The position numbers were made by a program, and so were the translations under genes. Below, one piece after another: positions 20,296 through 54,900 of a DNA stretch of 64,000 nucleotides. Below the pieces are notes generated by a model. The model had not been told where the DNA came from. It saw only the letters and a program-made list of their open reading frames with translations, and did no database searches. Position 1 is the stretch's first letter, and each line of letters begins with the position of its first letter. The stretch is from Macrostomum lignano. Its lineage: Eukaryota. Location of the stretch: NCBI GenBank assembly GCA_002269645.1, contig NIVC01003336.1, forward strand, positions 39,604 through 103,603, read 5' to 3'.

Positions 20296-20658
20296 CGAAC
20301 GGAATCGCAAATGTACAGACTGTATTACTGTAATGCATATTATAACCGCCGTGACAACTAGACATAATTAGCATGATGAATCAGTTATTAAGCTAGTTAG
20401 CTGAGTTAGGAAAGATGTGTATAGGAAAGTTAGCGCAGTATGAAAACAAAGTATGGGATTGGGCATTGAAATTTGCAATACAGACAAAGACAGCTTATAA
20501 GACACAACAATTATTATTTAGACTATTAAGTCATCAAATACCAAATGGAAGAACTGTATAGAAATAACTGTGTTTTCACTTAATTTTTAAATGCTTTGCG
20601 TTAAACTTATGCTCTTATTAAAACTAAAGACTAGATGCGCAAATTTAAAATTTGCTAA

Positions 20659-21045
<387 letters not shown>

Positions 21046-21116
21046 TAGACAAACAGACAACAAAACTGTCAGATGTTCTAAAAAAAGTTTTAATAGTTTT
21101 TTCCAATCCATATTGC

Positions 21117-33838
<12,722 letters not shown>

Positions 33839-34565
33839 GGTAATTTTTAAAAAACTTAAATGCAGCAATTAAGCAGCAGAAAATGAAAGCGTAGCGGTTT
33901 TTAAAGACATACTTTTGAGATAGCGCACAATCAGAGGACATGTCACATGATGCAACGCTCATCTAAAAAATTTATACGGTAAAGATGCCAAAAAACTTGA
34001 AAGATTTCCCCGATACGAACTTTATAAAAACCTCTTCCCGCTCAAGACTGGAAGATAAAACCTGTTCGTGCCAGGTTGGTCAGCAGGGCTGGCCATAGAC
34101 TATCACTGCCACAAGATTTGTTTGCTGTGGTTTTAAGTCTGGAGAACAAAAAGTCTGGCCATACATTTAGAACTGACAGCCTAGGACAAGCATACTCAGC
34201 GGCCATGAATTTACAATTTTGCCTATCCAAGGCTGAGATAGCATGACTCTCAAAGCTATGTATCAAAAATGCCAGCTGAAAAATAGTGGCTGAGATAGCA
34301 CGACGAAAGCTAAATGAACTGTACTCTCTGCTATGCAAAGCCTTTCTGGCCGAGAAGAGGGAGTTTTGTCTATCTGAAGACTGGGCCATTCATTGAATAC
34401 GTTATATCTTATATGCTTAATCCTATTACTCGTATACGATACAAGCATAGGGCAAGATCTTGCTTACTAATTTTAAAATCTTGGTCTCGCTTACAAGCAG
34501 AATAAACTCTTCAAAACTGACATGAGTTTCATAGAAAGAGGAGCACGAATTCATTATTTATATGA

Positions 34566-34860
34566 CAGGAGAGGTTGTAGCCTAGTGGTTAGAGCGTCGG
34601 ACTCACGACTGAAAGGTCGGGGGTTCGATTCTCCACCCACTAGGAACAATTTGTGTCCTTGAGCAAGACACCTAACTCGATCTGTATTGCTTCAGTTCAT
34701 GCCCTAGCTGTAAAATGGGCGCCAGCATTAGCTGGAGTAGCTAAGGGGCTGTGTATGGCGACCCCAGGCCTTAGACTAAACAGTCGTACGCAGCCTTCAG
34801 ATGCCGCGCAATAGCTGCGGCTGAGCCGTTGGTTCTTATTACTGTTATTATTACGGTAGG
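34566..34860 (+). mobile_element. tRNA-derived SINE, family B
   Basis: A box tagcctagtggttagagc, B box ggttcgattc, central gtgtccttgagcaagacacctaac resembling CORE-type domains, ttattactgttattatta tail. Confidence 0.82.
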
Positions 34861-35384
34861 AACTTTCAAAGAACTGTAACACCCTGGCTATATATACGAT
34901 GTTGAATTTTGTGCCCAAGTGAAAGTAACAATGAAATTAACGTAGTTTAGCTGCTTGCTTAACACAGATTTTCTGAAACGTTGCGGGGGAGCTGGATTGA
35001 CTAAAATTTCCCTAGCTTAGCTAGTTAAGCTTATTGATTTATTATCTTTTTGTTTAAACAGCTTCCATTATGTAGAAAAAGGCGCTGTTTACTATGCAGC
35101 AGCTAGGCAATTTAAACAGACCACGCTAATAATGCACTAAAGTATCAAACTAGGAATTTTCGAGGAAAGGTAAAACAAAAGAATAACAAGTGAGCATGTT
35201 TTATAGTACTTTTATATTTGTCTTGTCTTTCACTCTGCAATATTAATAGCAATAACCAAAATGCACGCAAGTTAAGATAAGCAAAACTATTTGAACCCCA
35301 AAACTTTTAATTTAGAGTTTAAGTTAACAATATTACGAAAGTTGAAAATGCAATGGAAACTGAATAAACTATAGACAGGCAGCG

Positions 35385-35954
35385 TTACATTTCACCGCAC
35401 TGAGAAATCAGCACAGGAACTTTCGGCTTATTATTAGCTCCAATTGGCACATTCTCAATCTTTCTCAACACCAGCTGCCCATCAACTAGCTGGCCAAATA
35501 CCACGTGCTTCTTGTCAAGAAAGTCGCAAGAGTCGCAGGTGATGAAGAACTGGCAGCCGTTGCTATGCGGACCAGAATTGGCCATAGACAGCATGCCGGC
35601 GCACGAGTGCGTGCAGCTGAAGTTCTCGTCACCGAACGGGCCGCCATAGATACTGCAAACGCCCGTACCGTCGCCATTAATAAAATCGCCGCCCTGAGCC
35701 ATGAAGCCTTTAATAACGCGATGAAAAGCCGAGCCTTTGTAGCCTAACGGCACGCCGTCTTTGCAAAACTCGCCGGTACAAAATTGGCGAAAATTGTCGG
35801 CAGTTTTTGGTACAACATCGGCAAATAGTTCGAACTGCATCCGGCCGATCTCTTGGCCGCCGACTGTGATGTCGAAGAATACGACAGGATTGCGGGGATT
35901 GTTCATGCGCTCGGCCACAGCCGGTAGCGGGAATTCACCGCTAGGCCCGGACAT
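35385..35954 (-). CDS. PPIH: Peptidyl-prolyl cis-trans isomerase H (spliceosomal cyclophilin H), intronless, 189 aa
   Basis: [66 protein letters not shown]-terminal SQCGEM. Confidence 0.95.
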   Translation of the reverse strand: MSGPSGEFPLPAVAERMNNPRNPVVFFDITVGGQEIGRMQFELFADVVPKTADNFRQFCTGEFCKDGVPLGYKGSAFHRVIKGFMAQGGDFINGDGTGVCSIYGGPFGDENFSCTHSCAGMLSMANSGPHSNGCQFFITCDSCDFLDKKHVVFGQLVDGQLVLRKIENVPIGANNKPKVPVLISQCGEM

Positions 35955-36727
35955 TTGCTGGCCACTCTGCGGGACACCGGTTTAATTAATACTTTTATAA
36001 TATTATACAAGATGGAGGCAAGCTAAATTCATCACTTGCTGTCACACGGCGCCTCCTTTGATTGGTGACAAGCCTATTCAGTCGCGTACTATCCAGAGCC
36101 AACTCTGCTTAACTAGCACAGCAACCGCAGTTTCCAATTTAACCAATTGTCATTGTCATTATAATGTTAATAAACTAGCCTTTTCCTGAACTCTTTTCAA
36201 AGCATTGTGACCACCCTAGCTAGACGAAAAATGAAAGAAAATATTGAACATAAACTCATTGTTTTGTATTAGAAGTACGATAATTTGACATTTTATTATT
36301 GTTTACTAAGACGAAAAAATACCAAATAATAATTATAGTTATGGGCTTACATTATCAAGCTTTATTTGTGCATGTACTAAGGGCATATTATTGTTGCTTA
36401 TAAATCATTGCAGTAGAAATTTTATAGAGAGAAAATGCGCCATAAGCTGGACAAATTAACTACTTGATCAGCTGACAAAAAATGCGATTGACAGAAAAGG
36501 GGTGCTTAGAAAAATAGACAGCTCGTCATTACAGTCAGTGCATATGGTGCATCATTTATGGTGCAGATGCACTGGATGAAGCGTGCCCTAGCATTATTAC
36601 ATTTCGCTGTACCGTAGAGATTCGTCATCAACAATAATTATCGTGCAGTATAAACCGGAGGTTAAAAACTACTAATAGTAATAAAAATAGTAAATAATTT
36701 TAAAGCCGTTCTGAATTACAAGTAAAA

Positions 36728-37753
<1,026 letters not shown>

Positions 37754-38158
37754 TCAAAGAAATTCCAACAGGATTCACAACACAGCGCCTTAAGAAGTAT
37801 TAATTTTCAACCGTATGAAACGTCAGTTGGTTTATTTAGTGTAGTATTTAAAAACACTGCTAAATTCTTTGTCCTTTATTAAATTTAGCACGCGATGTTT
37901 TAAAATTAGTTCACCGAGATCGAGTAAACTGTGATACAAAAATAAGCCGCATCTAAAAATAACTGCCGCAATTGAACACCGAGTCAATTAGAAATGCCGT
38001 ATTTATACGTATTAGTAAAAAGTATAGCAGGTAATTTAAAATTTGAGATGCTAGCACAAAAAAACCAGTTGATTGCTACTAAGAAGCAGTCCGTTAATAC
38101 ATGTTTAGTTTAGATTTAAGTTAAATGACAATAGTCCTACAGCCCTGCTTTAATAAAA

Positions 38159-38505
38159 CAGGGGTCGGCAACACTCCGACAGCGGGCTTCCTTCTCTTCT
38201 CTCCCTCCTCTTATCTAATCTTCTTCCTCTTCTCTTCTCTCCTCCCCCTCCTCTCCCTCCTCTCATCTCATCTTCCTCCTCTTCTCTTCTCTCCTCCCCT
38301 CCTCTTCTCTCCCTCCTCTCATCTCATCTTCCTCCTCTTCTCTCTTCTTCTCTCCTCACTCTTTTTTTGTCCTTTATCTCTTCTCTCTTCTCCTCTCCTC
38401 TATCCTCTCCCTTCTCTTGTCTCTTATCTCATCTCTCATCTCTTTTTTATTCCGTCTCCTATCTCCCCCCTATCGCCCTTGAGGTAAAAAGTTTTCCAAC
38501 CCCTG
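38159..38505 (-). mobile_element. hAT MITE with TC/GA-rich core, same family as 23630-24042, opposite orientation
   Basis: Ends caggggtcggcaac and ttttccaacccctg; reverse complement begins caggggttggaaaacttttt-acctcaagggc like the 23.6 kb copy; no TSD. Confidence 0.7.
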
Positions 38506-38518
38506 TTATACAGAACAG

Positions 38519-45189
<6,671 letters not shown>

Positions 45190-45889
45190 CTATCCGTGTC
45201 CCTGGAAACTTCACAAAAGCAATCAGGCCCGCTTAAGGTTTATATACCTATTCTCATCTCCTTGCCTTTTTTTCTCCCCTTTTCCCTCTATTTTCCTCTT
45301 GTACCTGACCTGCAGCAAAAACCAACAAAAAAGGTTTACCGATCCCTGCTGTATCCAGTTGAAAAACACAAGAGACAAAATGCCAACAATTCTAAATACA
45401 ATTGTTGGAACGCTAACAATACTACTATATATCTTTCTGGCAAAGTAGCGTGAATGAGAAAAACATCTTCTATAGAGTTGAATGAGGAACAGTTTTACGC
45501 GGAATACGCATAACAAATACAAATTATAGGCAACCAATAAGGATTTACTCGGAACGCAATGACTGTATTTAGAAGTACATTTCTAATCGCCTACGTACCC
45601 TGCGTAATAAATTGAAAAGAAACTTAATATACGAGTATATAGAACTTTTACTAAAAATTAAGATAAACAACTTAGAAAAGAAATTAACCGTAATTGACAA
45701 GCCTGAGACTCAAAAACCAATTGGTTGCATATTCCATTTTCGAAGTTGATTAATGCAAACTGTACACAACACGGCTTGAAATATGGTCTAGATTGAGAAA
45801 CACGAGCAACTGAACTGCGTCAAAATGACTGCACACACGGAGAACTTAAATTGATCCAATAAGTGTGAATTAATTAATATTTGCAAGAG

Positions 45890-46150
45890 GATTACGGGCA
45901 CCCTGGTGCAACGCCTTTGGCAAAATTGTTCCACACTCCAGCGCTGAGGCAACTGCCCAGTCCGCTGACGCAGGCACGCAGTCGTACGCACGCTCACACA
46001 GGGTGTACAGCCGTCCTGACTGTCTAATCGTCAGGCATGTACACTCTCAGTGCCTTGGGGGCTGGCCCTTATGGATGGGACTCGCACGATCTAAAAATTA
46101 TTGTAGCCGCACACGGAATCGAACCAAGGGGTCGTGGCGCGCGAGTCAGG
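45890..46150 (-). mobile_element. tRNA-derived SINE, family A (minus-strand copy)
   Basis: acagggtgtacagc...gactgtctaatcgtcaggcatgtacactc...gtgccttggggg shared with 11.9 kb; aatcgaacc is the reverse B box. Confidence 0.72.
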
Positions 46151-46243
46151 CGTGGGAGGGGTGAAGACAAGACCTGTTACATAAATTAATTAGTTCTACG
46201 ATTATTGATTAGTCAGTTAGAAGCGTGGCTATTACATAATAGT

Positions 46244-47877
46244 CTACTCAACATCAGCTATAGGTTTATAGTTCTTTAACTCGGGATAGTGGCTGGTCTC
46301 AGCCTCCAGATGGCGCCTAGTATCCTCCATCTGTTGGCGCAGCCTCGGCGGCATTCGAGCCCAGACGTCACTAAACATCTCCATAGGATTCGGCTTCAAT
46401 CGCTTCTCGGCTTGGGCAAATTTCTGCAGCACCCGTTTTCTAATCGCTTGCTTAGTCGCCGTCTCCTGTTCGTCGCTCCACCAGCCGCGTTTGGTGAGAA
46501 ATTTTCTCATCCTAATTATCGGATTATCTTCCCGATCCCAGAAGCTTAACTCGTCAACGGAACTGTAAGGAAAATAGAGAAATAGCCAGTCGAATCACGA
46601 ATTCATATTTTCAAATCAGCACACCCATTCCATGGTGCATAAAGTCTATGTGTTTACACCCAGTCCGATCTGAGCAATGCTGAGATACCAAAATTCAAAC
46701 GACTTCCAGCGAGTAAGAGTTCACTGACAGGAAGTTTGCTGCAGTGCCCAAAGTCTCCTGCGACTGGTCAACCCCCCCCCCCTGTTCGGCACTGCTCCAA
46801 TTAGGTAGGCAACAGTACAAAACTCTGCAGTATTACCTGGTAACGCGCGACAGCTAAAGCAAAAACTCACCGATAAGCCGAGCTGTCATCCGACGTGCTG
46901 TGATGCCCCAATCGATAAGTCATCATCTCAATTAGAGTCGGCCGCATCTCAGTTAAGCACAGCTGTCGGGCCTGTTGAGTCACCTCGTACAGAGCGAACA
47001 CATCGTTGCCATCGACTCGAACAGTCGGTATGCCAAATGCCGGGCCCCGAATCGCTATACCATCGCCGCGATATTGATCAGACGTAGGCGTAGATATTGC
47101 GTAGCCGTTATTTCGGCAGACAAACATTACGGGGCAGTCTAGCGTGGCGGCAAAGTTCAAAGCGGCATGCGCGTCGCCCTCCGACGCTGAGCCGTCGCCA
47201 AAGTAGCAAACAACGCACAGGCCGTTCTGCATCCGTTTGAACGCGTAGGCGGCCCCGCTAGCCTGCGGCATTTGGGTAGCCAGCGGAGAAGACACGGTCA
47301 CAAAGCTGTGATCTTTGCTGCCATAGTGAACTGGCATCTGGCGGCCCCTGTTCATATCGCTATCGTTAGAGTAGCACTGGTCCATGAAGCGTTCTAGCTC
47401 CATGCCGCGCTGCATGAGAACGCCGGATTCGCGGTATTGGCAGAACACAAGATCGTTTGGATTAAGAGCGGCCGCATTGGCAACAATGCCTTCCTCGCCA
47501 AAGCTGGTCATGTAGAAGCTGATCCGACCCTGTCTCTGTGAATCGTACAGAATCTTATCCATAATATTAAGCTGGAGCATTGTCTCGTACACTTGCAGGC
47601 ACAGGTCTTTGTTGCCAGCCAGAGTAGGTTCCGGCGCTCCATCAACTAGATCGCCGCGTCGGTTCACTAATCTATAAACGGGAATTCCTTCGAAGTTCTC
47701 CGGATGGATAAAGTCCAGCTGGGTGGTAAAGCTCGACCGCGAGCCGGGGAACATTGGCTTCTCATCGTCGGGCGGCATGCCAGATGGCGGAGCCGACAGA
47801 AGCCGGCGAGCATTGGACAGGCCTGGCAGCCGGCCAAGAAGGCTCTGCCGCAAACGACAGGCAAAGGCGGAAGCCAT
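46244..47877 (-). CDS. BCKDHA: Branched-chain 2-oxo-acid dehydrogenase E1 alpha subunit, mitochondrial (441 aa)
   Basis: [28 protein letters not shown] motif [10 protein letters not shown]...[16 protein letters not shown]. Exons 47877-46871 and 46562-46244 (phase 2). Confidence 0.96.
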
Positions 47878-50800
47878 TAATTGTAATTATTTTATTATCT
47901 AGGCTTTCGCGATATGCAATACTTGCAACTCTATCTAACATTACTTTCCTTTTTTTTTGGACTAGCAATAACAAAATGCTGTGTCTGCTATTCATCTTTC
48001 ACATAATAGAAGCTGCTAAGTCAAATTTGAAAAAAATTATTAATAGAAGTCAAAAAGTGATAAACATTAAGCTTCATTGACAGTTAGGAAATGAGATAAT
48101 TGTGATAAACAAATTATCACATATAGCTCATATTAAAACAAAAAAAGAAATGCTTCCATTGCTGATTTCAACTTTTGTAAACAGCTTGTACAAACTTGTA
48201 ATGGTTGTCTGCATTTATAAAAGCTTTGAAATGAGCTTTTTATACCACACAATGACTAATTGCAAATAGAATACTTGAGTGTCAAAGAAACAATAAAAGC
48301 AAATAAAATTATCAAAAGCAAATAAAATCAAAGAAGCAAATAAAATTTTTATTTGATTAGGCAGTCAGCTGCCAAATTAGCTGCTTTAAATACTGCTTTG
48401 ACATGTGAATAAGGTTACTTACCAAAATACATTTAACAACTGCTGTACTTTGTTCTAGACTTCCCCAATAAAAGTTGTCACAGAAAACATTTACTAAATG
48501 CCCTAATTTTAGTCAAATAAGACAAGACAGGAGTATTTAAAAGGCTAGTTGCAGTTCAATCGGCAGGTCATCCTACCATTCAAAAAAGACTATGATAGAT
48601 GGAAAAAAATCAAGCAGATATGGAAACCTAAAAGAATGTGTGAAATTCTATAACAACAGAAAAGGCTAAGGCATGGGTATTGGTTGTAAAAATATTGATT
48701 TATTACTATTCTTAATTAGAATCAGTGGGCCAGAGCTACTGACTTAATCATTTACAGTGCCTTTTCGTATAATCTATTTATGTTAAGCAATCAAATGAAA
48801 CTATAACTATTAGGACAAAGTGATAGCAATATTTATTATTTTTCTAGTTATAGAACAGTTAAAAATTTAGTTATTTTGTTTTTTAGATATTAGGAAACCT
48901 AGTAAAGCAAAATATAAAAAAACTCTTGCTTGGCTAATGGGACTTGCTAGCCATACTATATCATGGCCCATCTTAAATAGAGCCAGGAATAAAAATGTGT
49001 GAATAAGGGTGCAAAATGAACAATGGCAAGAGCAACAAGGTGACAAGGAAGGTTGTATAGATAGAAGTTAATCTGCATTTATAGGATGCATACCCAAGAA
49101 GGTATGATGCTTTTACAGGTCTTATAATCACAAGTGATCTATATTACAGTGAATAGCAGGCAAGATGCTTCTGTTGCAACAACTGCCAACAACTAGTTTG
49201 GCATTGCAAAGGTTGTCAAGCAGACTAATAGGCAGATTTTGGTGATTATCATTTGCCACTTTAGCAGGTTGATCTTCCTTTTTAGCCTTAGTTAGTGGGG
49301 TAAGTTAATTGTTGCTGGCTAGATGCAATTCATTTCTATTAAGCACCCACAAGGTGTTGCTGCCCTTATTCATTAAAAACAACTATAGATGTAGATATAT
49401 CAGTAGTTGGCTAGTAAAAAATCTGTTGGCCTTGCAAAAAAGTAGAAATGCAAAGATGCTCAAGAATACAAAGAGATTTGCAAGAAATTGAGATTACATT
49501 GTATAAGATGAAACAAGTAGGCCTAATAAATTATTAGTTCTGTGAGTAGCAATATACAGATTTGAGGGAAAGGATCCAATTTGGTATTTGCAATATTGCT
49601 CATCTGCTGACTACCATGTATGCAATTAAAAAATTCGGCAATCTTCTAGTTTGTTTTGCAATATTATTTGCCTGTTTATTTTAGTTTAAAATGGTATATC
49701 AATATAGTGAAACATTAGAAAACAATACCTATGCCCAAAAGAGATATGAAATAGAAGCAGACAAGTAACAGTAACAGTTGGAGGGTAGAAAACAGAGGAT
49801 CTAGTTACAGAGGATAATAATGTGACACCCAATGCAACACAGCACCAGGTCTAGCCACCAAATGTTATGCCAAGGTATAAGTGGTGCCATAGAAATTCCT
49901 TAGATAGCCAGTGAAATAAGAATGTCTTTAATAGTATAGTGCTATTTTGCATCCCTTTTGGCAATAGACATCATTTTCTAATGTGTCATTACATTGTAGC
50001 ACCAATTCAAACTTGAGAATAATATTGCAAAACAAACTGGAAGATATCTAATTCTAAACATTGGGTAGATGGTTGCCATGCATGCAATTAAAACTGCCTA
50101 CTAGGCAATTAAAAAGGCCTACAAGGTTAGTGGAATGGATGGCTGCCATGCATACAATTTAAACAATATGTGGATGGATAGCTGTAGCTGCCATGCATGC
50201 AATTTAAACACTGGGTGTACAGCTGCCATGCAAGATGCACATAACAACACAAGCTCTCTGTAAAGTAAATGCTTTTCTATATTTATTCAACAAATTTGAT
50301 GTAACAAATACAATTTTTTGTATTGCCTGCCTGGTTAAAAAGGCCTAATTTAGTAGCCTAATTTAGTGCATATATTCCATATTCAAAATAAAACTATGTC
50401 TTGGCCTAGTAGCTGACTAAAACTGACAACAATTCTACAAGGAACCATCTTTCATATAACTTGGCAATTTTTGATGAGTAGGCCTGGCCTAGCCCTAGAA
50501 CTAGTAGAAGTAGAACCTAATTTACGAGATCGAAAATTTTCTAAAATTTGCACAATTACGCCTGTAGTAAATGTGTAAAAACATGCAATTCCTTCTATTT
50601 TCCTGCCAATCGATGCTCCGGAACAGGGATCATTCCTTTCTCGCAAAGAAAGTTCAGTTCAGTTTATAAGTAATGGGCAAACAAAGGCCCTGCGCCTCAG
50701 CCCTGGGGGGGGGGCTCTTACGCAATTGATATATTTTAGTTCCAATTGTATGGTATTTTAGTGGTCAAGTTTGGAAAATCTCGTAAGGAAAGAGGTTTAT

Positions 50801-51983
50801 CGAGGGACCTATATTCTATAACTCGTCAGATTTCATTTTTTTGAAAATAATTTACTTTTACAAAAGTTATAACAAGTTGTTATCGTCAAAGGTAACTTTT
50901 TCAAGTTTTTTAGATACCTGAATTAAACAGCTACGACTATTATAAATTTTTCGTACGTTTTCTGGACTTTAATTTTAATTTCATTTATTCTGTTAGCACG
51001 TCGTAATAATTAGCCAGAACAAAACCTCTTGGTCATTCAGGGCTTCAGGTGTTCCTGGCCTGGCCTAAAAACGCTCTAAGTGTTGATAGAAGCTCCATAC
51101 TGAAAATCGATAGCGTTATGAGAATTAAATGTGTCTTATTTTAAAATCCGGCATGTTTTTTCTTGGGTGCAGGTACGATCGATATGCTATAGCTAGCCCA
51201 ATTAAATGCTGTCGAGAAATTTGCTTGCCGAAATATTCTAGCCGTAGTTTGCTAGCCGAAGCTTACAAGAAGGAATTTTGTAGCAAGGATTTTGCCAGCC
51301 GAACTTGGTGCCTTGTTCTCTTATTTGTTTGCTTATTGACAAAGTTAGTCAGCCAACTCTCTGATCCGTACATGTTGTACGATCGTATTAAAGCTTCTAG
51401 CTCGTGCGGTCACTACCAGCTACATGTATACTTAGGCTGAGAGTGGTATGTTAGTATGTATGTTAAAACTTTAAGTACCTGCCTTCTGCGGTAAAACATA
51501 ATCAATGTCAAAGAGCTAGATTAATCTATATTACGTGCAAAATCCAATTGCTACTAGCAAAATTCCTGCTAGTAGCAAACTTCATACATGTAGCTCCCAT
51601 ATAATTCTTGTTCAGTATTTCCATTAATTATAGAGAAACTGTTTTTGGTTCTTATACAGTAAATTGCACAATGAATCCATTTACATGTGCATACTGCAGC
51701 TAGCACTGAATTAAATAAAAGGGAGAACTCTCATTAGCCTTAGGTGTTAAGAGTAGCTGTATTACATGATGAATGTATGCCATGATTGAAAGCAGCTGAT
51801 AACGACTAAAACAAATAAAGGTTCGCGATTTGCTTCTCTCGATCTCTAACCTTCAATAAGTATGTTTATTACTAATTCATGTTGGTTGCAATTTCTGATA
51901 GGATATTGATCATGCAAATTTGTTAAGCAATTCAGTGAAAATAGAGCCACAGGATACTGTTTCACGAATTGACGTTTGTCCAC

Positions 51984-54900
51984 CACAGTGTATTTCTTTG
52001 GTAAGATTTTTTGAAAAAAATGGCCACTCAAGATTTTTACCATCATTAATAGATCACATTTTTCTAGAGAGGAAGCCACAATATTAAAAAAATCTTGTCG
52101 AGCGGTTGCTGAGTAACTACTGTTTTTCTGTTTTTCATGCTGTTTCATGCTGTTTTCATTTTTTTGCTTTGATACAGGCTATAATAGGCAAATTGGTATC
52201 AAAAACATTATTCAATGTTTTTCTTTCAACATTAATAAATTATATTATTAGTATAAGTTTAAAGAATGCTTGTACAATATAAAAACTCAGCTTGAAACGT
52301 AGTTGTACAATGTCAATATAAATTACACATTAAGAGTGAAAACAATGTCAAAGTCCACACTGACTACATGTCCTACACATGTCGGCTATTATAATGACGC
52401 ACAGCCTGAAGCAAATGACTTCCAAAGCTGGGATTTTCTACATCCTTGACCTTGAAGTTCGCCCATAGCTGCTGAAAGTCGTGGTGCACTGCTTCAGATG
52501 CCTGTTCACTCCAGGGACCAAGTCCTCGCTGTTGCATCAAACAGAACTGTGGCACATGATGCAGCACTGTGTGAACTTTCGGTGTCACTGAGATCCCGAG
52601 GTCCATGAACGCCACTTGAAAATCAGCGATCGTCTGCTGGAAATTGGAGGCCAGTTCATTGCCAAAGCAGCTGGACACAACAAGCCTGAAGCAGCGCAGT
52701 GCAGCAACGTACGGCAAGCACTGTAGCGGGCACATCGATGCCAGAGCATCAACATTCTGCAGGAGCACTTTGCAGCTGTTGCCGGTAAAACTGCCGCCGT
52801 GAATTGCCTCCCTGGCGACGTGGCAGTGATGCAGCCATCTGTCACACTCTGGCCACACTGACTGCATACTACAGTAAATGGTATTTACTACTCCAGTTAG
52901 CAGGTGCAGTTCGGGCGGTGGTACAATTTCTAGGACCATTGTTGAGGCTGGGAAATTTTCTAGAAGACAGGGACGTACCACATTTCCAAAATTCTTGGCA
53001 GCTGCAAGCTTGGAGCCAGAAGCCTGGAAGTTTGCATGGCTGTCTTCGAGAAGCTTCAGTGTGCGATCTGTGCCCTTCTGCAATAGCTTATTCTTGTGGG
53101 CATCGCACCAGCAGCAGGGATGAGCAGCACTGTGAGCCATAAGCCCAAGCAGCATGTTGCACAGCTTTAAGTCGCTAGCGATGGTAAATTTGCCTTGAAG
53201 ACTGCTCAGTCCAGCTGCCCTCCACAGCAACTCCAGGTTCTGGTAATTTTCTTGAATGGCTGGTGCGATGGCTACAATAAGAATTCGTTTAACACCGGAG
53301 TGCTTTAGCCGACTGCTGCGAGAGTTGCTGCTACAGGCTGCCTGCGAAGGCTCAGTGGAGTCAACACACCAACTGGAATCAAACACAGACAGGCAGATCT
53401 TGAAGAACCCACCACCTCCATCAATGCCAACCTTAATCATACAGGTCGATGGGTTCAGTTGTCTTTCTTGAATAATTTGCTCGAGAAGCTGCTGAATGCG
53501 CACACAAATAACAGCTGGACGTGATGTTACTTCTGTCACAACTCCTCGCTCCATGTTGACGAAGTCCAACTGTTGTAGTTCAAAAAAGCTGTCGAGCTGG
53601 TGGTGAATGTCAGACAGCTTTTGTTGGAGGTACGACTCTACAGCTGTTTTTGAACCCGACGCTGCTCTAATATGGTGAGCCAGCTTCAGCATAGAGCGCG
53701 TGCTGAGGCCCATATCCTGCTGAATGCTCACCATGCTGCTGACGCTCAGCTGCTGTGGTTGCTTCGGCGTACTCTGAGATGGTGGCTCCACTTCCATGTA
53801 AAAGCCTTCTGCATTATGTGCCCTTGTAGCAGGAGTACAGACATGTGACTTGCCTCGATTTAGCTGCGAGAGGCACTTCACACAGAGCTTCATGCTGACT
53901 GGGCGTCGAGTTTTTGACACAGTGCTGGCAGTGGGCTCGCAACCAATCCTACTTTGACTGTCAGCGCTTGGCCTTCCTCGTGGTCGCCGATTAACTGCTG
54001 CTGGATGTCCAAAGTTTGCGGAGCTTTCTCTGGCAGCCTGACACACAATACAGTTGCATCGAGTAGCTGCTCGGCTTCGTGTTCGAGGAGGCTGGGCTCC
54101 AATCTTAGAGTGGTCGAAGTCGGGCAGCGAGGACGAAAAGTTTCCTTTCTCGTACTCTAGCAGCGTTATCCTGCATTTTGTGCACAGAGCACTTGGTAGC
54201 CGATCGTCCTGCGTATCGTAGCCATGCATCTTGAACTCTGAGATGAGTGACTGCATGTGCTCATTTATCCGGCGCATTTCCTTGCCCTTATGCATGCAGA
54301 TGAGGCAGACGATGAGACGAGCATCTTCGTGCGTTCTGGCACTGCTGCTTTTACTCATAATGCCTAACACTGAGCGTGCTTGGTGTCGATTAAGAAAGGT
54401 GCTACACAACAAATCTGATATGTAATGAGACGCAGAGATTGCGCAATGAATATAAAAACTTCTCTAGTTAGATTAAAGTGAAATCAATCGATAAGAGCGA
54501 CTTATATATATTCATTGATTGCTGAGCAGACAAGTTTTTAGCTCAGCAAACTTGTGTGCATTGCGCAATGTATAGCACACTATTTGATTGAGTAATAGAT
54601 GAGTGACTGCGTTCTTCAACTCCAAATCATGCACACACAGTCTCCCCTCAATAGAGAAGTAGTACAGCTAGTACAAAACCTATTTGTTACATTCAATCAC
54701 ACAATTGTACCCTGTATTTTTGGAACATTCATTTTGATTAGCATATGAAATGTGTGTAAAAAACAGCCTATTTGTTGGCTAAACAAATGGACCTTAAGCT
54801 TATAAGTGATTTTCTGTTTGAACTAGAAAAACAAAAACAAATAGCACGAAACAGCATAAAACAGCATTAAAAACAGAAAAACAGTAGTTTCTTAGCAACT

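Noticed and set aside
34566-34640. Second tRNA gene
   Set aside because: No acceptor stem; continues into a SINE body that has a second copy at 27.9 kb
35385-35954. Bacterial origin or horizontal transfer of the intronless GC-rich genes (PPIH, AAMDC, OXNAD1)
   Set aside because: The proteins are typical metazoan orthologues and neighbouring genes have the same composition with GT-AG introns
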